Origin: Ignavibacteriota bacterium | Lineage (GTDB): Bacteria > Bacteroidota > Ignavibacteria > UBA10030 > CAVZMI01 | Assembly (NCBI GenBank): GCA_963776275.1 | Contig: CAVZMI010000029.1 | Coordinates: forward strand, 29,355 to 93,354 | Length of the DNA: 64,000 nt | Reading direction: 5' to 3' | Shown: positions 1-9,609 of the stretch, piece after piece | How the letters are laid out: each line of letters begins with the position of its first letter | Numbering within the stretch: position 1 is the first letter of the stretch | Translations under genes and position numbers: made by a program | Notes under the pieces: generated by a model | Database searches by the model: none | The model's input: the letters and a program-made list of their open reading frames with translations, nothing else | What the model was told of the DNA's origin: nothing

Positions 1-93
1 CAACGTGGGCTGATGTAAGGCCGTGCGTTGCCTGAGAATCTCGGCGTTTTTAAAAGCATGGGAATGTCAAAGCCTCTCATATTTCATAGCCGA

Positions 94-927
94 TCATAAA
101 TCGTTGTCCAAGAATCTGTCGTTCGTTTCAAATACATCTTGTTTGGTGTCTACTGTGTCGATCGGATTTGTCAACTTATTGAAAAATGCACGCTTCACCG
201 TCATAACCATTTTCGGAAGATCATTTTCTTCCGTAGCCCGGGCTTTCGCCAGTTCTTCCCAAACGATGTAGTTTGGTGAGCACAAAAATTCGACGGCATA
301 ATCTGCACCCACGGCCGGCGCCTTACTGTCCTCTGTCTCTAACCATTCGACTTCTATATCCGAGACCACAGGCATATCCGCCGACGCCGAAATCTGTACT
401 GTCCCATCCGACAATATTACGGTAGTAGGTTCGGTTCCATTGACCTTAATTTTATAGTCAGTCCCATATATGTATCGGAGTTCGAATTTCTCGGCGTTCA
501 CACTCACGAGAGACAAAATGCTCTTTACGTCAAAGGCAAAGATCACATCTTTTTTCCCTCTGGTAAGAACATCGAAATCTCTGATGGGCTTGTTCTTGAT
601 AACAATAATATCGCCTTTGAATATGCGATCGTAAATTGTCAGCCGCTTAAATTCACCTTCGACCCATTCCACTGGAGGTATCGAGAACCGCGCACCACCC
701 TCATAAATCTTCCCCGCTGGCCGCGTAATGATATGATAGCTTACAGAAGTTCGGATCAATCTTACCTGGACCGGGTCATCATATTTGTATCCATGAATTG
801 CATCGGCATCCGCCATAGTTAATCCATGCCTGAGTTCAGGCGACAATTTGGATTGATACCATAGGCATTCGACTCCGAATTGTCGGATCAATTTCTGTAC
901 TTTGCTATTCGATAATATTTTTCTCAT
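94..927 (-). CDS. Putative neck/head-closure virion protein
   Basis: 277 aa, after the head-tail adaptor in a Twort/SPO1-like gene order; mainly positional. Confidence 0.5.
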   Translation of the reverse strand: MRKILSNSKVQKLIRQFGVECLWYQSKLSPELRHGLTMADADAIHGYKYDDPVQVRLIRTSVSYHIITRPAGKIYEGGARFSIPPVEWVEGEFKRLTIYDRIFKGDIIVIKNKPIRDFDVLTRGKKDVIFAFDVKSILSLVSVNAEKFELRYIYGTDYKIKVNGTEPTTVILSDGTVQISASADMPVVSDIEVEWLETEDSKAPAVGADYAVEFLCSPNYIVWEELAKARATEENDLPKMVMTVKRAFFNKLTNPIDTVDTKQDVFETNDRFLDNDL

Positions 928-935
928 CGCCGGTC

Positions 936-2036
936 CTATACTACAGTTATTTCGTAACCGATACCATATTCCCTCTTCATTTCCTCAGTCCACTTCGTTT
1001 CATCCTCGCGCAAATCTTTGAGCAGTCGATCAATACCCGATGACTCCGAACTGCTCACTCCATCCATCGACAAACTCTGAGAAATCAAGCGTACCTTCGC
1101 ATCAATCTTAGGCAATATTTCAATAAGTGCGTTCCGGCCGATTGCTCTGCGAATTGCTTCTTTCTTTGCATCATCTAATGTCGGGAAATCCAGACCATGC
1201 GTATACTCGATCCGGAATAGTTGCGGGACACGACTGTATATCCCTCCCTGCATAATTGTTAGCCCGAGACCATTCATCGCACCAATCAGTATTGAATACA
1301 GGGAGCCGGACATGGCTGTCGGCAAGAATTCTATTATACCCATCTTCTTGTCTATTACCAGCTGGTCAGCAATATTCGGGATAAGCTCAGCTTGCTGACT
1401 GCCGTATACCAACTTGAAGGAATCAACACTAATGAGCGGCCGGCAATCTACCTGCTGCAGCCAGAATTCTGTCTTGAAATCCTGCAAATAGTAATCGCGT
1501 TTTATTGAGTCTTTGGACTTAAAAAATTTCATCTTTATTCTATTTTCAAGCTCTCCCTGTGAAGCGAGAAGCGTATTTCTCATACTATCCCGATCTTCTT
1601 TTACATATGATTCGACGGCATCCTTATAATCGTCATCCAACTTCGCATCTGCGGCTATGTATTGACTTAGGAATATCGATACCGGCATAATTTCTGCCCG
1701 AACGCCATTTGTATCTCCAACAGTAATTAATCTGATATCCTGAGGCACATTCGATTGATCAATAAGAACGTTGATTTCTTCGTTTTGGACATTCCAGTAA
1801 ATGCGATAATAACCAGGTCTCGTATTTTGAGAGAATATTACATCGATGTAGTATTGATTTTTATCTTCTGCATCATCGAATGTAGCTTCCTTGTCTTTGA
1901 TCTCTTCACTCTGATCATCGAGGGCCACGGCTCCATCCTCGCCGTAAATGCTTGCGGTGACAGTAAGGTCTGCCACCGCCGCATTCGCATCTTCGAGATA
2001 GAATCTATTCGTACCTTGAAGAGCCAATGTTTTCAT
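936..2036 (-). CDS. Putative head-tail adaptor with N-terminal beta-rich domain
   Basis: 366 aa; C-terminal 'SQSLSMDGVSSS' resembles the S.SiDG.S.S motif of large-myophage head-completion proteins; position after capsid. Confidence 0.6.
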   Translation of the reverse strand: MKTLALQGTNRFYLEDANAAVADLTVTASIYGEDGAVALDDQSEEIKDKEATFDDAEDKNQYYIDVIFSQNTRPGYYRIYWNVQNEEINVLIDQSNVPQDIRLITVGDTNGVRAEIMPVSIFLSQYIAADAKLDDDYKDAVESYVKEDRDSMRNTLLASQGELENRIKMKFFKSKDSIKRDYYLQDFKTEFWLQQVDCRPLISVDSFKLVYGSQQAELIPNIADQLVIDKKMGIIEFLPTAMSGSLYSILIGAMNGLGLTIMQGGIYSRVPQLFRIEYTHGLDFPTLDDAKKEAIRRAIGRNALIEILPKIDAKVRLISQSLSMDGVSSSESSGIDRLLKDLREDETKWTEEMKREYGIGYEITVV

Positions 2037-2039
2037 CTA

Positions 2040-2267
2040 TTATGATCCTTTATTTTTCTCGTCAATATACCGATTTGCGATATCCATGGTATCTTGGTCT
2101 GTGCAGATAATCTGATGCTTTGACCAATCCAGCTTCGGGCCGGCAAAATATACTTCTTTCAATTTCAATTTTCTCAATTCGGCCAAATCGAACGAAGTGT
2201 ATGGTGCATCATAGAAATACAAATTGAAAGATTGACCTTCGAATTTTATAGCTTCTTTGTTTTTCAT
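2040..2267 (-). CDS. Hypothetical protein
   Basis: 75-aa ORF tightly packed in the head operon. Confidence 0.6.
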   Translation of the reverse strand: MKNKEAIKFEGQSFNLYFYDAPYTSFDLAELRKLKLKEVYFAGPKLDWSKHQIICTDQDTMDIANRYIDEKNKGS

Positions 2268-2280
2268 ATCCTAATCCTTA

Positions 2281-4392
2281 TTATGATGTCGGAGCTTTTA
2301 TCAATCCGTGGGCTCCACCTAATGCATGGAGATCGTTGATTAAGGCCATAAGCGCTTGATTGAATTCTGTCTGTGTAGATTCATCGGTCAATACGTCTCT
2401 ATTGAGTGTCCCGGTCGGTAATCCCCAGCCAGCCTTTGATGCGCCAATCAGTTTGTCCCAGTTTGCAGTAAATATACCTCCCGTATTGGCAAGCATTATA
2501 TAGCTGGCATATATTTCTCCCCATGAAGCACCACTTCCAGCTACACACAATCCAGTACCACTCGCCTTTCCAATCCGAGGATATGAGCTCGAACGATCAA
2601 AAAACAATTGATCTGGTACAAACATTGAATTTCCATTATTAGTATCAATGCCAAAAATCTTGTTGCCGTCCATATCCGTCACATCAAACCATCTCTTAAC
2701 CATTAAAGAAACCGCAGATCCGACAGCTTTCAAATATACTACTGGATCCGCCATATCTGAACCCAAAAGAGCGATGAAATTCTTAAATATTGCTTGGTCG
2801 GACCTAATGTTTTTTGATAGAATCTCAAACACGTTATTCCATACTCCCATTTTTTGCATGAGAATTGAAGCTCTCCATGTATCTGCCGCTGCGGCAAGAT
2901 GCGTCCCGTCTCCATTCCAGCCGAGTCGAACAAGTTCCTCATAACTCTTACATGAAGGGAAACTATCATGGTAAAACAAATCATGAGTATCCGCATGCGC
3001 TTTAAGAATAGCATTGGATTCTTTTGTCACGGCATTATTATCTTCTGACCAAACCGGAGAAGTACCTATCAAACACCAATCCATATTGGGACAGGCAGTC
3101 AAAAATTTCTGATAAGTACTTTCGAGGGCATCTGCCCATCCCTCGATAGGATCCTTCCACTCCATATACATGAGATCAAAATTCATTTCAGAAAAATAAG
3201 TCTGGAAGAAATCAGGATCTATTGCGTCCCATTGAGTAAGATCAGCACCCGAGCCAGCCGAAATGCTTAATTCTACTCCGGAATTTTTTGTAGATCTGAT
3301 GTAACCACGTAACGATCTCACTATACCGGTGAGACCTACAATTCTTACTTGATGCTGACCTGTCTCTTCGTATGGTATTGTAATAGTTTTGAGTTCTATG
3401 TCACCGTCTGCATCCACATTCGTGTAATCCTCGATATCTTCCCATGTTCCTTGACCTTGACCCGAAACAGTTTTGGTTTGCAGTTTAAACGTACCGGCAT
3501 CGGGTTCTTGTATGTAAAATATTACAATTTCATCAGCATATTCCCCCCCACCATCGATGACAGTTCCTCCTTCGGGAATATAATAATATCCTCCAGACGA
3601 AGGATCGTCCGTCTTCCATTCAGCTCCATTTTCTGCACAATTTTGTGGAGTGGCTCCTTCCAACTTACCATAGGCCTTTTGAACTAAATTATTTATGTAA
3701 TTCGGAAGACGATTTCCTATTGAATCTCCCCAGACTGCTACTCTCAGCTGAGATGGAACCGGCGGATCTTCCGGATCTCCTGCTGCTTCCTTTTCACGTG
3801 CTATTTCCATCGCATGCAATTTTTGCCAGACGTTTCTGAATTGCGGGATCGGTGGAGTAGATACATTGGCCACTTCATCTTCCAGTGTTCCTATGTCTGT
3901 AGTGTGCTCGCCGACTGTTGTCTGTAAGCTTCCTATATCTGTAGTATGTCCACCGACTGTACTCTGCAAAGTTCCTATATCCTCACCCTGTGCGGCAACC
4001 GTCTCTTCTATGCCTTCTAACTCTACGCCTCCCAGATTTTCAATCTGGCTGGTATGTGTGTCGACTGTCTCCTGCAAAGTTTTAAGCGCTGCTATGGATG
4101 GCGATGAAATAAGTAAGTATCTTTTGCCCTTCGTGCGGTGTGGGCTGGCGGTTGTAATATCACTTCCTCGTTGCCCGAAAGTTAAAACTTTCCCGACTTT
4201 CACCGATATCACCCCATCCTCAATCTCAGGATCAAGAAAGGGAGAATGGATATACTCTTCATTGATGATCCAGTACGGAAAAGGCGCCGCCGGCAGCCCT
4301 GATGCATCGAGCACCTCGCATATAGTAGCACTCTGAGTAATCCCGCTCTTCAAATATGCGGCCGCTAATTCCTTTTTATTTTTAAGTGCCAT
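2281..4392 (-). CDS. Virion fibre-like protein with coiled-coil repeats and SGNH/GDSL esterase domain
   Basis: Start moved to ATG 4392 (SD GAGGTG); 14-aa repeats (TLQSTVGGHTTDIG); SGNH blocks 'VWGDSIG' and 'DGTH'. Confidence 0.7.
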   Translation of the reverse strand: MALKNKKELAAAYLKSGITQSATICEVLDASGLPAAPFPYWIINEEYIHSPFLDPEIEDGVISVKVGKVLTFGQRGSDITTASPHRTKGKRYLLISSPSIAALKTLQETVDTHTSQIENLGGVELEGIEETVAAQGEDIGTLQSTVGGHTTDIGSLQTTVGEHTTDIGTLEDEVANVSTPPIPQFRNVWQKLHAMEIAREKEAAGDPEDPPVPSQLRVAVWGDSIGNRLPNYINNLVQKAYGKLEGATPQNCAENGAEWKTDDPSSGGYYYIPEGGTVIDGGGEYADEIVIFYIQEPDAGTFKLQTKTVSGQGQGTWEDIEDYTNVDADGDIELKTITIPYEETGQHQVRIVGLTGIVRSLRGYIRSTKNSGVELSISAGSGADLTQWDAIDPDFFQTYFSEMNFDLMYMEWKDPIEGWADALESTYQKFLTACPNMDWCLIGTSPVWSEDNNAVTKESNAILKAHADTHDLFYHDSFPSCKSYEELVRLGWNGDGTHLAAAADTWRASILMQKMGVWNNVFEILSKNIRSDQAIFKNFIALLGSDMADPVVYLKAVGSAVSLMVKRWFDVTDMDGNKIFGIDTNNGNSMFVPDQLFFDRSSSYPRIGKASGTGLCVAGSGASWGEIYASYIMLANTGGIFTANWDKLIGASKAGWGLPTGTLNRDVLTDESTQTEFNQALMALINDLHALGGAHGLIKAPTS

Positions 4393-4430
4393 CTCACACC
4401 TCGTCTCAACAATAGTTAAAAAAATAAACT

Positions 4431-4497
4431 GAAAAATTAGAAACAGGCGACTTCTCCTCCCCCACAACCAACTCTCTAAAAGAAACCGCCTGTTCCA
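4431..4497 (-). terminator. Long hairpin followed by T-run (terminator-like)
   Basis: Minus strand GGAACAGGCGG...TCGCCTGTTTC then TAATTTTT; unusually large purine-rich loop. Confidence 0.45.
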
Positions 4498-4508
4498 GCA
4501 CTGATGAT

Positions 4509-4997
4509 TTATTTCCGGCTTCTTCGTGCCATTTTTCCGTGTTCCTTAAGCTCCGATTTTTTCACATAGTTTTCAGCAAGATTCAATTTTAACTCTCCGA
4601 TTTCTTTCATAATCTCTTCCTTGCTATCGATCATCACCGTCTTCACTTCGTCGAAGCGGTTCACATAATTTTTTTCTATATTGTCTACTATCCCCGAGAC
4701 AATATTAACTCTATCAGTGAGTTCTTTAAATCTATCCCTCTCGAATTGGCATCCTGCCGATATTGTTGCGACCAGTTTTTCACATTCCCTCATCCTATCC
4801 CAGAGTCCTTGAGCATCGCCCAAAGTCTTCTTTAAATTTTCCAATTCAGTATTGATTGAAGCAACTGAGGTTACCGCAGTTTCGAGATCGGAAATTTTCT
4901 TGAGTGTTATTTTCGCAGCAAGAACAAATACTGCCGACATTAGCAGCATAAATATTCCAAGAATGACACTAAATGCATTCATCTCCATCGGATCCAC
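4509..4997 (-). CDS. Membrane-anchored coiled-coil protein (possibly holin-like)
   Basis: One N-terminal TM helix, long coiled coil, basic C-terminus. Confidence 0.5.
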   Translation of the reverse strand: MDPMEMNAFSVILGIFMLLMSAVFVLAAKITLKKISDLETAVTSVASINTELENLKKTLGDAQGLWDRMRECEKLVATISAGCQFERDRFKELTDRVNIVSGIVDNIEKNYVNRFDEVKTVMIDSKEEIMKEIGELKLNLAENYVKKSELKEHGKMARRSRK

Positions 4998-5016
4998 CTT
5001 TCTCTACTTATTGGGT

Positions 5017-5448
5017 TTATGCTGATGGTTGAGGGAATTTTCCGCTGTCTACAATTATGCGGACAATATCTTCCTTCTTCTTAATCTTGGGTGGAAGTAC
5101 GATATCGAGACTTGTCGCGAGCTGTTTGAGTTCATCGACTTCCTTGCTCCCCAATTCTGATATCTGCCGCTGTTTGATTTCTTCTGCGGTGATATCGGTC
5201 GTCTGTGGGATATCATCAGGTTCACCATGTTCCTGAGTTAAATTGGTGTCTATCGTACCACCTTCGATGCCCGTCGGCGCCACTATTTCACCCTTCGCCA
5301 CGACTTCAGTATAACCTTTCACCCTGAGTAATTTCTCGGCCATTTTGTCGCTAACTTCGGCATTTCCCAGTGCATCGAACGTCACCGGTCCAAGCGATGT
5401 TCTGGTTGTCGATTTTTTCTGAAAACTGCAATGTATGATGCGTCCCAT
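5017..5448 (-). CDS. Small head-associated protein with C-terminal Rho-N/HeH-like motif
   Basis: 'VDELKQLATSLDI...KKEDIVRII' motif; directly after the capsid gene. Confidence 0.55.
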   Translation of the reverse strand: MGRIIHCSFQKKSTTRTSLGPVTFDALGNAEVSDKMAEKLLRVKGYTEVVAKGEIVAPTGIEGGTIDTNLTQEHGEPDDIPQTTDITAEEIKQRQISELGSKEVDELKQLATSLDIVLPPKIKKKEDIVRIIVDSGKFPQPSA

Positions 5449-5465
5449 GTTCTATCCTTTCATTA

Positions 5466-5505
5466 AAAAGGGGTGAATGGGATTCCTTATCACCCACTCA
5501 CCCCT
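5466..5505 (-). terminator. Intrinsic terminator after major capsid gene
   Basis: AGGGGTGAGTGGG / CCCATTCACCCCT stem followed by T-run on the minus strand. Confidence 0.75.
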
Positions 5506-5536
5506 CTCCCAATTAAGAAAAGTTTATTTGTTATGG

Positions 5537-7051
5537 TTAGCTGCGGACAATGCTTCCGACATTCCTTAATACAACAATCTTCTTCGGATTGTACACGAGC
5601 AGCGCACCATACACACGCTGAATCCATCGGATTGCATCAGCTGTCGGGCCGAGGGGGAATAATGCGGCATCGAGCAGCTGGTGATATGCCAGTACCTGAT
5701 CCGTATCCCAATCGACCAGGAACATATAACCAGTATCCGGAATATACGTTCCATCATCATAGAATGCGGAGCCTGCCGGCGCAGTGAATAGATAGCGATA
5801 TGCTGTCGGACTGGAATCCGTATGCAACCGTCGATATACTTCGAAGGCCGTAGCCGTCAATCCCGATCCGGATCCGCCATCGACGACCGTGAACTTCATT
5901 TTTTCACCGTCTTCGACCGTGATGTTTTGAATATGAGCATCTTCCGATGGCGTTGACTTATGGCCGAACCTGTTTACAGCCACAATGCACCAATCATAGA
6001 CTCCACCATCCAACCGCGAAGATGCATCGGAAACGGGCTCCGTATTTATTACCGGTGTTTCACCTCCAACACTTGGCGTGATTGTCGGGACTGCGGGTGG
6101 TGTCGAACCCAGGGCCACAAAAGCATTATTATCACGATTCCGTCGCGGATATTTCCGTGGATTTAAGAAAATATCTTTACGAATTGGAGCTTCACCATCG
6201 TCATGAATAATGAGATTTGCTTTCAGTCCTTCGATCTCTGCATCGCGTTCACTTTTTATGCCGCCACCGACAACATAACGTTTGTCCTTCAGCAAAGTTG
6301 CTTTGTACTGATTCTTCGCAAACGGTGAAAGATAACAACGAACATTGCCCGTAAAACCTGTGATGTTTTCCAGGACCTGAATACCCTGGTTGAAATCTTC
6401 CAGCCGTGGCTGATAACCACGCAGATCTTGGATATGACCTGTCGATTCACTCAATCCGGCCTGAATGACAGCTGACAGCAATCCATTGTATTCTGTGGAA
6501 ACCAATGTCTTGTCCCCGAAATAAGAAAGGATATCGAGCTTTCGTTTGATGGCCAACATTTTTGATCTGATTTCACGTTCACGCGCCGGCGCCAGCGGTC
6601 GAACTGCGAGCATTGGATTCGAAACCTGACCTACAGAACCGACGTACTTGATCAATTCATATCGCCGGCTGTAGTAATCGTCTTCCGACGCCGGAAGTCC
6701 ACCTTCACCAAACGTAAATGCTTCCCCGATCCCATCGACCGTGGAATACTCTTCGACCGTGGATTCGGCTTTCTTTTTGTCCTTCAGTAGATCATTGATT
6801 AGTGTGGTTGATTCCTCGGTGTACGTTAGATTCTTGAGGTTCGGCTCAAGACTCTCGATACGCAGCGCCCCACCACCCGTCTGCGTGTCGGGACCGGTAC
6901 CATAACCGGCTTCTAACGCTTTACGAAGTTCGGCCAGTGGATTTTGAGCCTTAATGATGTCGGCAAAACCGACAACCTCGCCTAAACCCTCCGCGCCTCT
7001 CCCGGATCCTGCGACATCTTCAATATCACCAGGATAAAATAATTCGTCCAT
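5537..7051 (-). CDS. Major capsid protein, Twort/SPO1 (Herelleviridae)-like
   Basis: 504 aa; 'KALEAGYG..PDTQTGGGALRIESLE..LKNLT', 'STVEEY', 'YGALLVYNPKK' and an inserted FN3/Ig-like segment. Confidence 0.92.
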   Translation of the reverse strand: MDELFYPGDIEDVAGSGRGAEGLGEVVGFADIIKAQNPLAELRKALEAGYGTGPDTQTGGGALRIESLEPNLKNLTYTEESTTLINDLLKDKKKAESTVEEYSTVDGIGEAFTFGEGGLPASEDDYYSRRYELIKYVGSVGQVSNPMLAVRPLAPAREREIRSKMLAIKRKLDILSYFGDKTLVSTEYNGLLSAVIQAGLSESTGHIQDLRGYQPRLEDFNQGIQVLENITGFTGNVRCYLSPFAKNQYKATLLKDKRYVVGGGIKSERDAEIEGLKANLIIHDDGEAPIRKDIFLNPRKYPRRNRDNNAFVALGSTPPAVPTITPSVGGETPVINTEPVSDASSRLDGGVYDWCIVAVNRFGHKSTPSEDAHIQNITVEDGEKMKFTVVDGGSGSGLTATAFEVYRRLHTDSSPTAYRYLFTAPAGSAFYDDGTYIPDTGYMFLVDWDTDQVLAYHQLLDAALFPLGPTADAIRWIQRVYGALLVYNPKKIVVLRNVGSIVRS

Positions 7052-7123
7052 AACTACTCCCCTGACTTATGTGATAGAAAAAGTTAATTCGTCTCCACCC
7101 GCCCCTCGCGGGATATGAAATAC

Positions 7124-8620
7124 TTAGCTCGTTGTGAGGTGTGCTACCAGCTCATCCTGAATCGATTTCGATAACGCAACGATCCCCCTCTCCCGCATCA
7201 TTGTCTGTGCAGCGAAATATTCGCGGCTCTTTTGTATATCTTTCTCCGCAGCACCACGATCCACCAAATAATTCTCAACCCGGATCGATGACAATGATTT
7301 CAGAAGCGCAATACCTTTCGGTGCACCATCATCGGTGTCCGCGCCTTCTGTATTCACCGAGCCTTTGTCAATGAGGCTGATCCCAGCCTGGCTCTTTTTC
7401 AAGCCGACTTCAACCCGCGCTACCTGCTCATTGGTTGCATCAATCCCTTCTTCGAGCGTCGATACGCGGATATCTATACTCTTGAGAATATTCGTAATCT
7501 CCGAGAGCCCCACGGCAATCGAGCCGATTGATTTCGCAAGTTCCATCTGTCCTTCCCGGACCATAGCTGCCACCGATGATGTGACCTTACCCACTATGCC
7601 GATGAACTTCGCGGCATCGATCTCTTTGCTCTCGTCCATTATCGCGATCGATTTCTTGATCTCGGCATCGGCCGACGCCACTTCGACCGAACGTTGTTCC
7701 AGGTTCGTCACGAAAATCGTGAGACCATCAACCGATTTTTTAAAATTCTCGATGGCCGCTCCCAGACTCTTCTCGACGGCCGTGTTGCAATCGGCACGTG
7801 CCTGGGACTTTTCTGCGAAATGCTCTTCCACTGCCTTCAGAGCATCGGCATGATTCTTCCCTTGCTTACGGAAGGCTTCATATGCTTCTTGGCGTGAACT
7901 AAATTTTCCCATTTTAGATTTCTCCCCTGACTTTGAATGTTTATTTGAATTTGCACCTTCTAAACTTTCTTTTCGAAGAGCCCCACCCCCTGTTTGTGAA
8001 TCCGGATTAGTTCCGTACCCGGCTTCCATCGATTTCACGAGAGCCAAATTCGATTTTTGCGCTTGCTCCATATATGTGGTTACTTCCTGCGGATTCGGTG
8101 TTACGACAACATTGATGACCTTACCCGCATAATCCCCATTTTTTAATCTCTTTGTATATTTTCCCTCAATGGAAAAACCAATGGTGCGTTGATTGTTTGG
8201 GAATTTTGTATTGTGCTCTCGGAGGGCTTTGATCAACTTGACAACTTTCTGGGCATTGTCCATCTGCGGGAAGAGAGCCCCAATAAGATGCTCTTCACTG
8301 TCATTGATGCGATAACGTTTTAAAGGAGCTCCGATGATATTGTCGGGATCCGGACGAACGACGGTCGTTACTGTTCCGGATTTTGTAATCGTAGTCTCGA
8401 TCGGATCATGTTCATATTTCACAAAACCATTCTTGTCAAAATAGGACCAGTCCATTTCTGGGATGATGGGTCTTTCACCCGATACATCTCTCACACGATT
8501 GAGCATCCGACCTTTGATGATATAATCATCATCCGGTACATGAATGCCCAGCTCTGACTTTTGCAGAGGCATATCGAAATCGAAAAATGCAGCTATTTTG
8601 AAGCTGTCACCTATTTTCAT
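7124..8620 (-). CDS. Prohead protease fused to scaffold; probable nested in-frame scaffold start at 7912
   Basis: 'KYEHDP', 'GFSIEG', 'NVVVTPNP' protease motifs; helical C-half; in-frame ATG 7912 with SD GGGGAG. Confidence 0.85.
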   Translation of the reverse strand: MKIGDSFKIAAFFDFDMPLQKSELGIHVPDDDYIIKGRMLNRVRDVSGERPIIPEMDWSYFDKNGFVKYEHDPIETTITKSGTVTTVVRPDPDNIIGAPLKRYRINDSEEHLIGALFPQMDNAQKVVKLIKALREHNTKFPNNQRTIGFSIEGKYTKRLKNGDYAGKVINVVVTPNPQEVTTYMEQAQKSNLALVKSMEAGYGTNPDSQTGGGALRKESLEGANSNKHSKSGEKSKMGKFSSRQEAYEAFRKQGKNHADALKAVEEHFAEKSQARADCNTAVEKSLGAAIENFKKSVDGLTIFVTNLEQRSVEVASADAEIKKSIAIMDESKEIDAAKFIGIVGKVTSSVAAMVREGQMELAKSIGSIAVGLSEITNILKSIDIRVSTLEEGIDATNEQVARVEVGLKKSQAGISLIDKGSVNTEGADTDDGAPKGIALLKSLSSIRVENYLVDRGAAEKDIQKSREYFAAQTMMRERGIVALSKSIQDELVAHLTTS

Positions 8621-8644
8621 CCGAAAATCTGCTCCATTTATGAA

Positions 8645-8688
8645 ATTGTGTAATCGAAATGTATTTATTTGTCCGGTAATTATTACCG
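8645..8688 (-). promoter_or_regulatory. Candidate Mor-type late promoter (dyad CGGTAAT-T-ATTACCG plus CACAAT -10)
   Basis: Perfect dyad at 8674-8688, ~31 nt upstream of a -10-like hexamer; no -35; next to a Mor-like gene. Confidence 0.45.
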
Positions 8689-9009
8689 CGATAATGGCTT
8701 TTTTGAAGATATCACTCTTCGGGGATGATGATCGTAATAATGCTTGATATCATTGGCGATGGTCTTCGTCGATACTCCCAGACGGTGTGCTATCTCATTC
8801 TGATTCTCACCGTTGAAGAGTTCTTGAACCACACGCCGGCGATGATGGAGGATATATGGCCTGAAACAAACTACTCCTTTCCGAATGTTAAGAACCTTCG
8901 AGAGTCTTACTAAGAAATGGTATCTTTTCTCTGGATCGGTGATTATTGTACTAATCACTTCTTCGACACTCTCGCACGATTCCAGCGTATCATCGGAGTA
9001 CTTCGGCAT
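8683..9009 (-). CDS. Mor/C-family transcription activator
   Basis: 'ELFNGENQNEIAHRLGVSTKTI' HTH pattern typical of the Mu Mor/C family. Confidence 0.7.
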   Translation of the reverse strand: MPKYSDDTLESCESVEEVISTIITDPEKRYHFLVRLSKVLNIRKGVVCFRPYILHHRRRVVQELFNGENQNEIAHRLGVSTKTIANDIKHYYDHHPRRVISSKKPLSR

Positions 9010-9023
9010 ATCTTCCTTTCAAG

Positions 9024-9073
9024 AAATAAAAATACCTCGCCGCGAATATCTGTTCTATTATTCGCAACGAGGT
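9024..9073 (-). terminator. Intrinsic terminator after the Dar-like locus
   Basis: ACCTCGTTGCGAATA / TATTCGCGGCGAGGT stem followed by ATTTTTATTT. Confidence 0.7.
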
Positions 9074-9164
9074 TCACTCGTTGACTCCGTTGAAGCTGTT
9101 CAGTATTTGATTACTATTGGATCAATCCATTCTTATCCATTCTGTTGATTGCTGTTGACTTTTT

Positions 9165-9590
9165 TCAATCGAGATATCCGATACCTGGGATATATAATCG
9201 ATCTTCTCCCTTTTCATCCTGTATCTGGTGCGGATTATCGGCACCAAGCCCATATTCATTTGATCGTATATCTAAATACATTTGTGCCGCTGCCCAATTC
9301 AAAAGATCTGTCCCATAATCATAACGCTTCTTTATTTCTTCATCAGCTCCGAACACATCTTCCCCACCGCACATATCGACATATTCACGATATGGACGTG
9401 GTGCGTGTACTTTAAGTACTGATGCCAAATTCCACCAATAAGGACCGTAATTTTTCCAGAAATCGGGTAACTGTTTTTTAAGAGTCTCGATCAGTTTCGG
9501 TGTAACACGCTGTAAAAATCCTGATTCCGTATCATTCTTCAATACTTCCAGGGCCTCTTCCTCTACAACTTGTTTTTCGAACATGCTCAC
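9165..9590 (-). CDS. Ulx-like protein (P1 Dar accessory factor)
   Basis: 'NYGPYW' and 'KRYDY...AAAQMY..R' match my recollection of P1 Ulx; directly downstream of a darB-like gene as in P1. Confidence 0.7.
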   Translation of the reverse strand: MSMFEKQVVEEEALEVLKNDTESGFLQRVTPKLIETLKKQLPDFWKNYGPYWWNLASVLKVHAPRPYREYVDMCGGEDVFGADEEIKKRYDYGTDLLNWAAAQMYLDIRSNEYGLGADNPHQIQDEKGEDRLYIPGIGYLD

Positions 9591-9609
9591 CTCAATGTTA
9601 TTTCAATTG

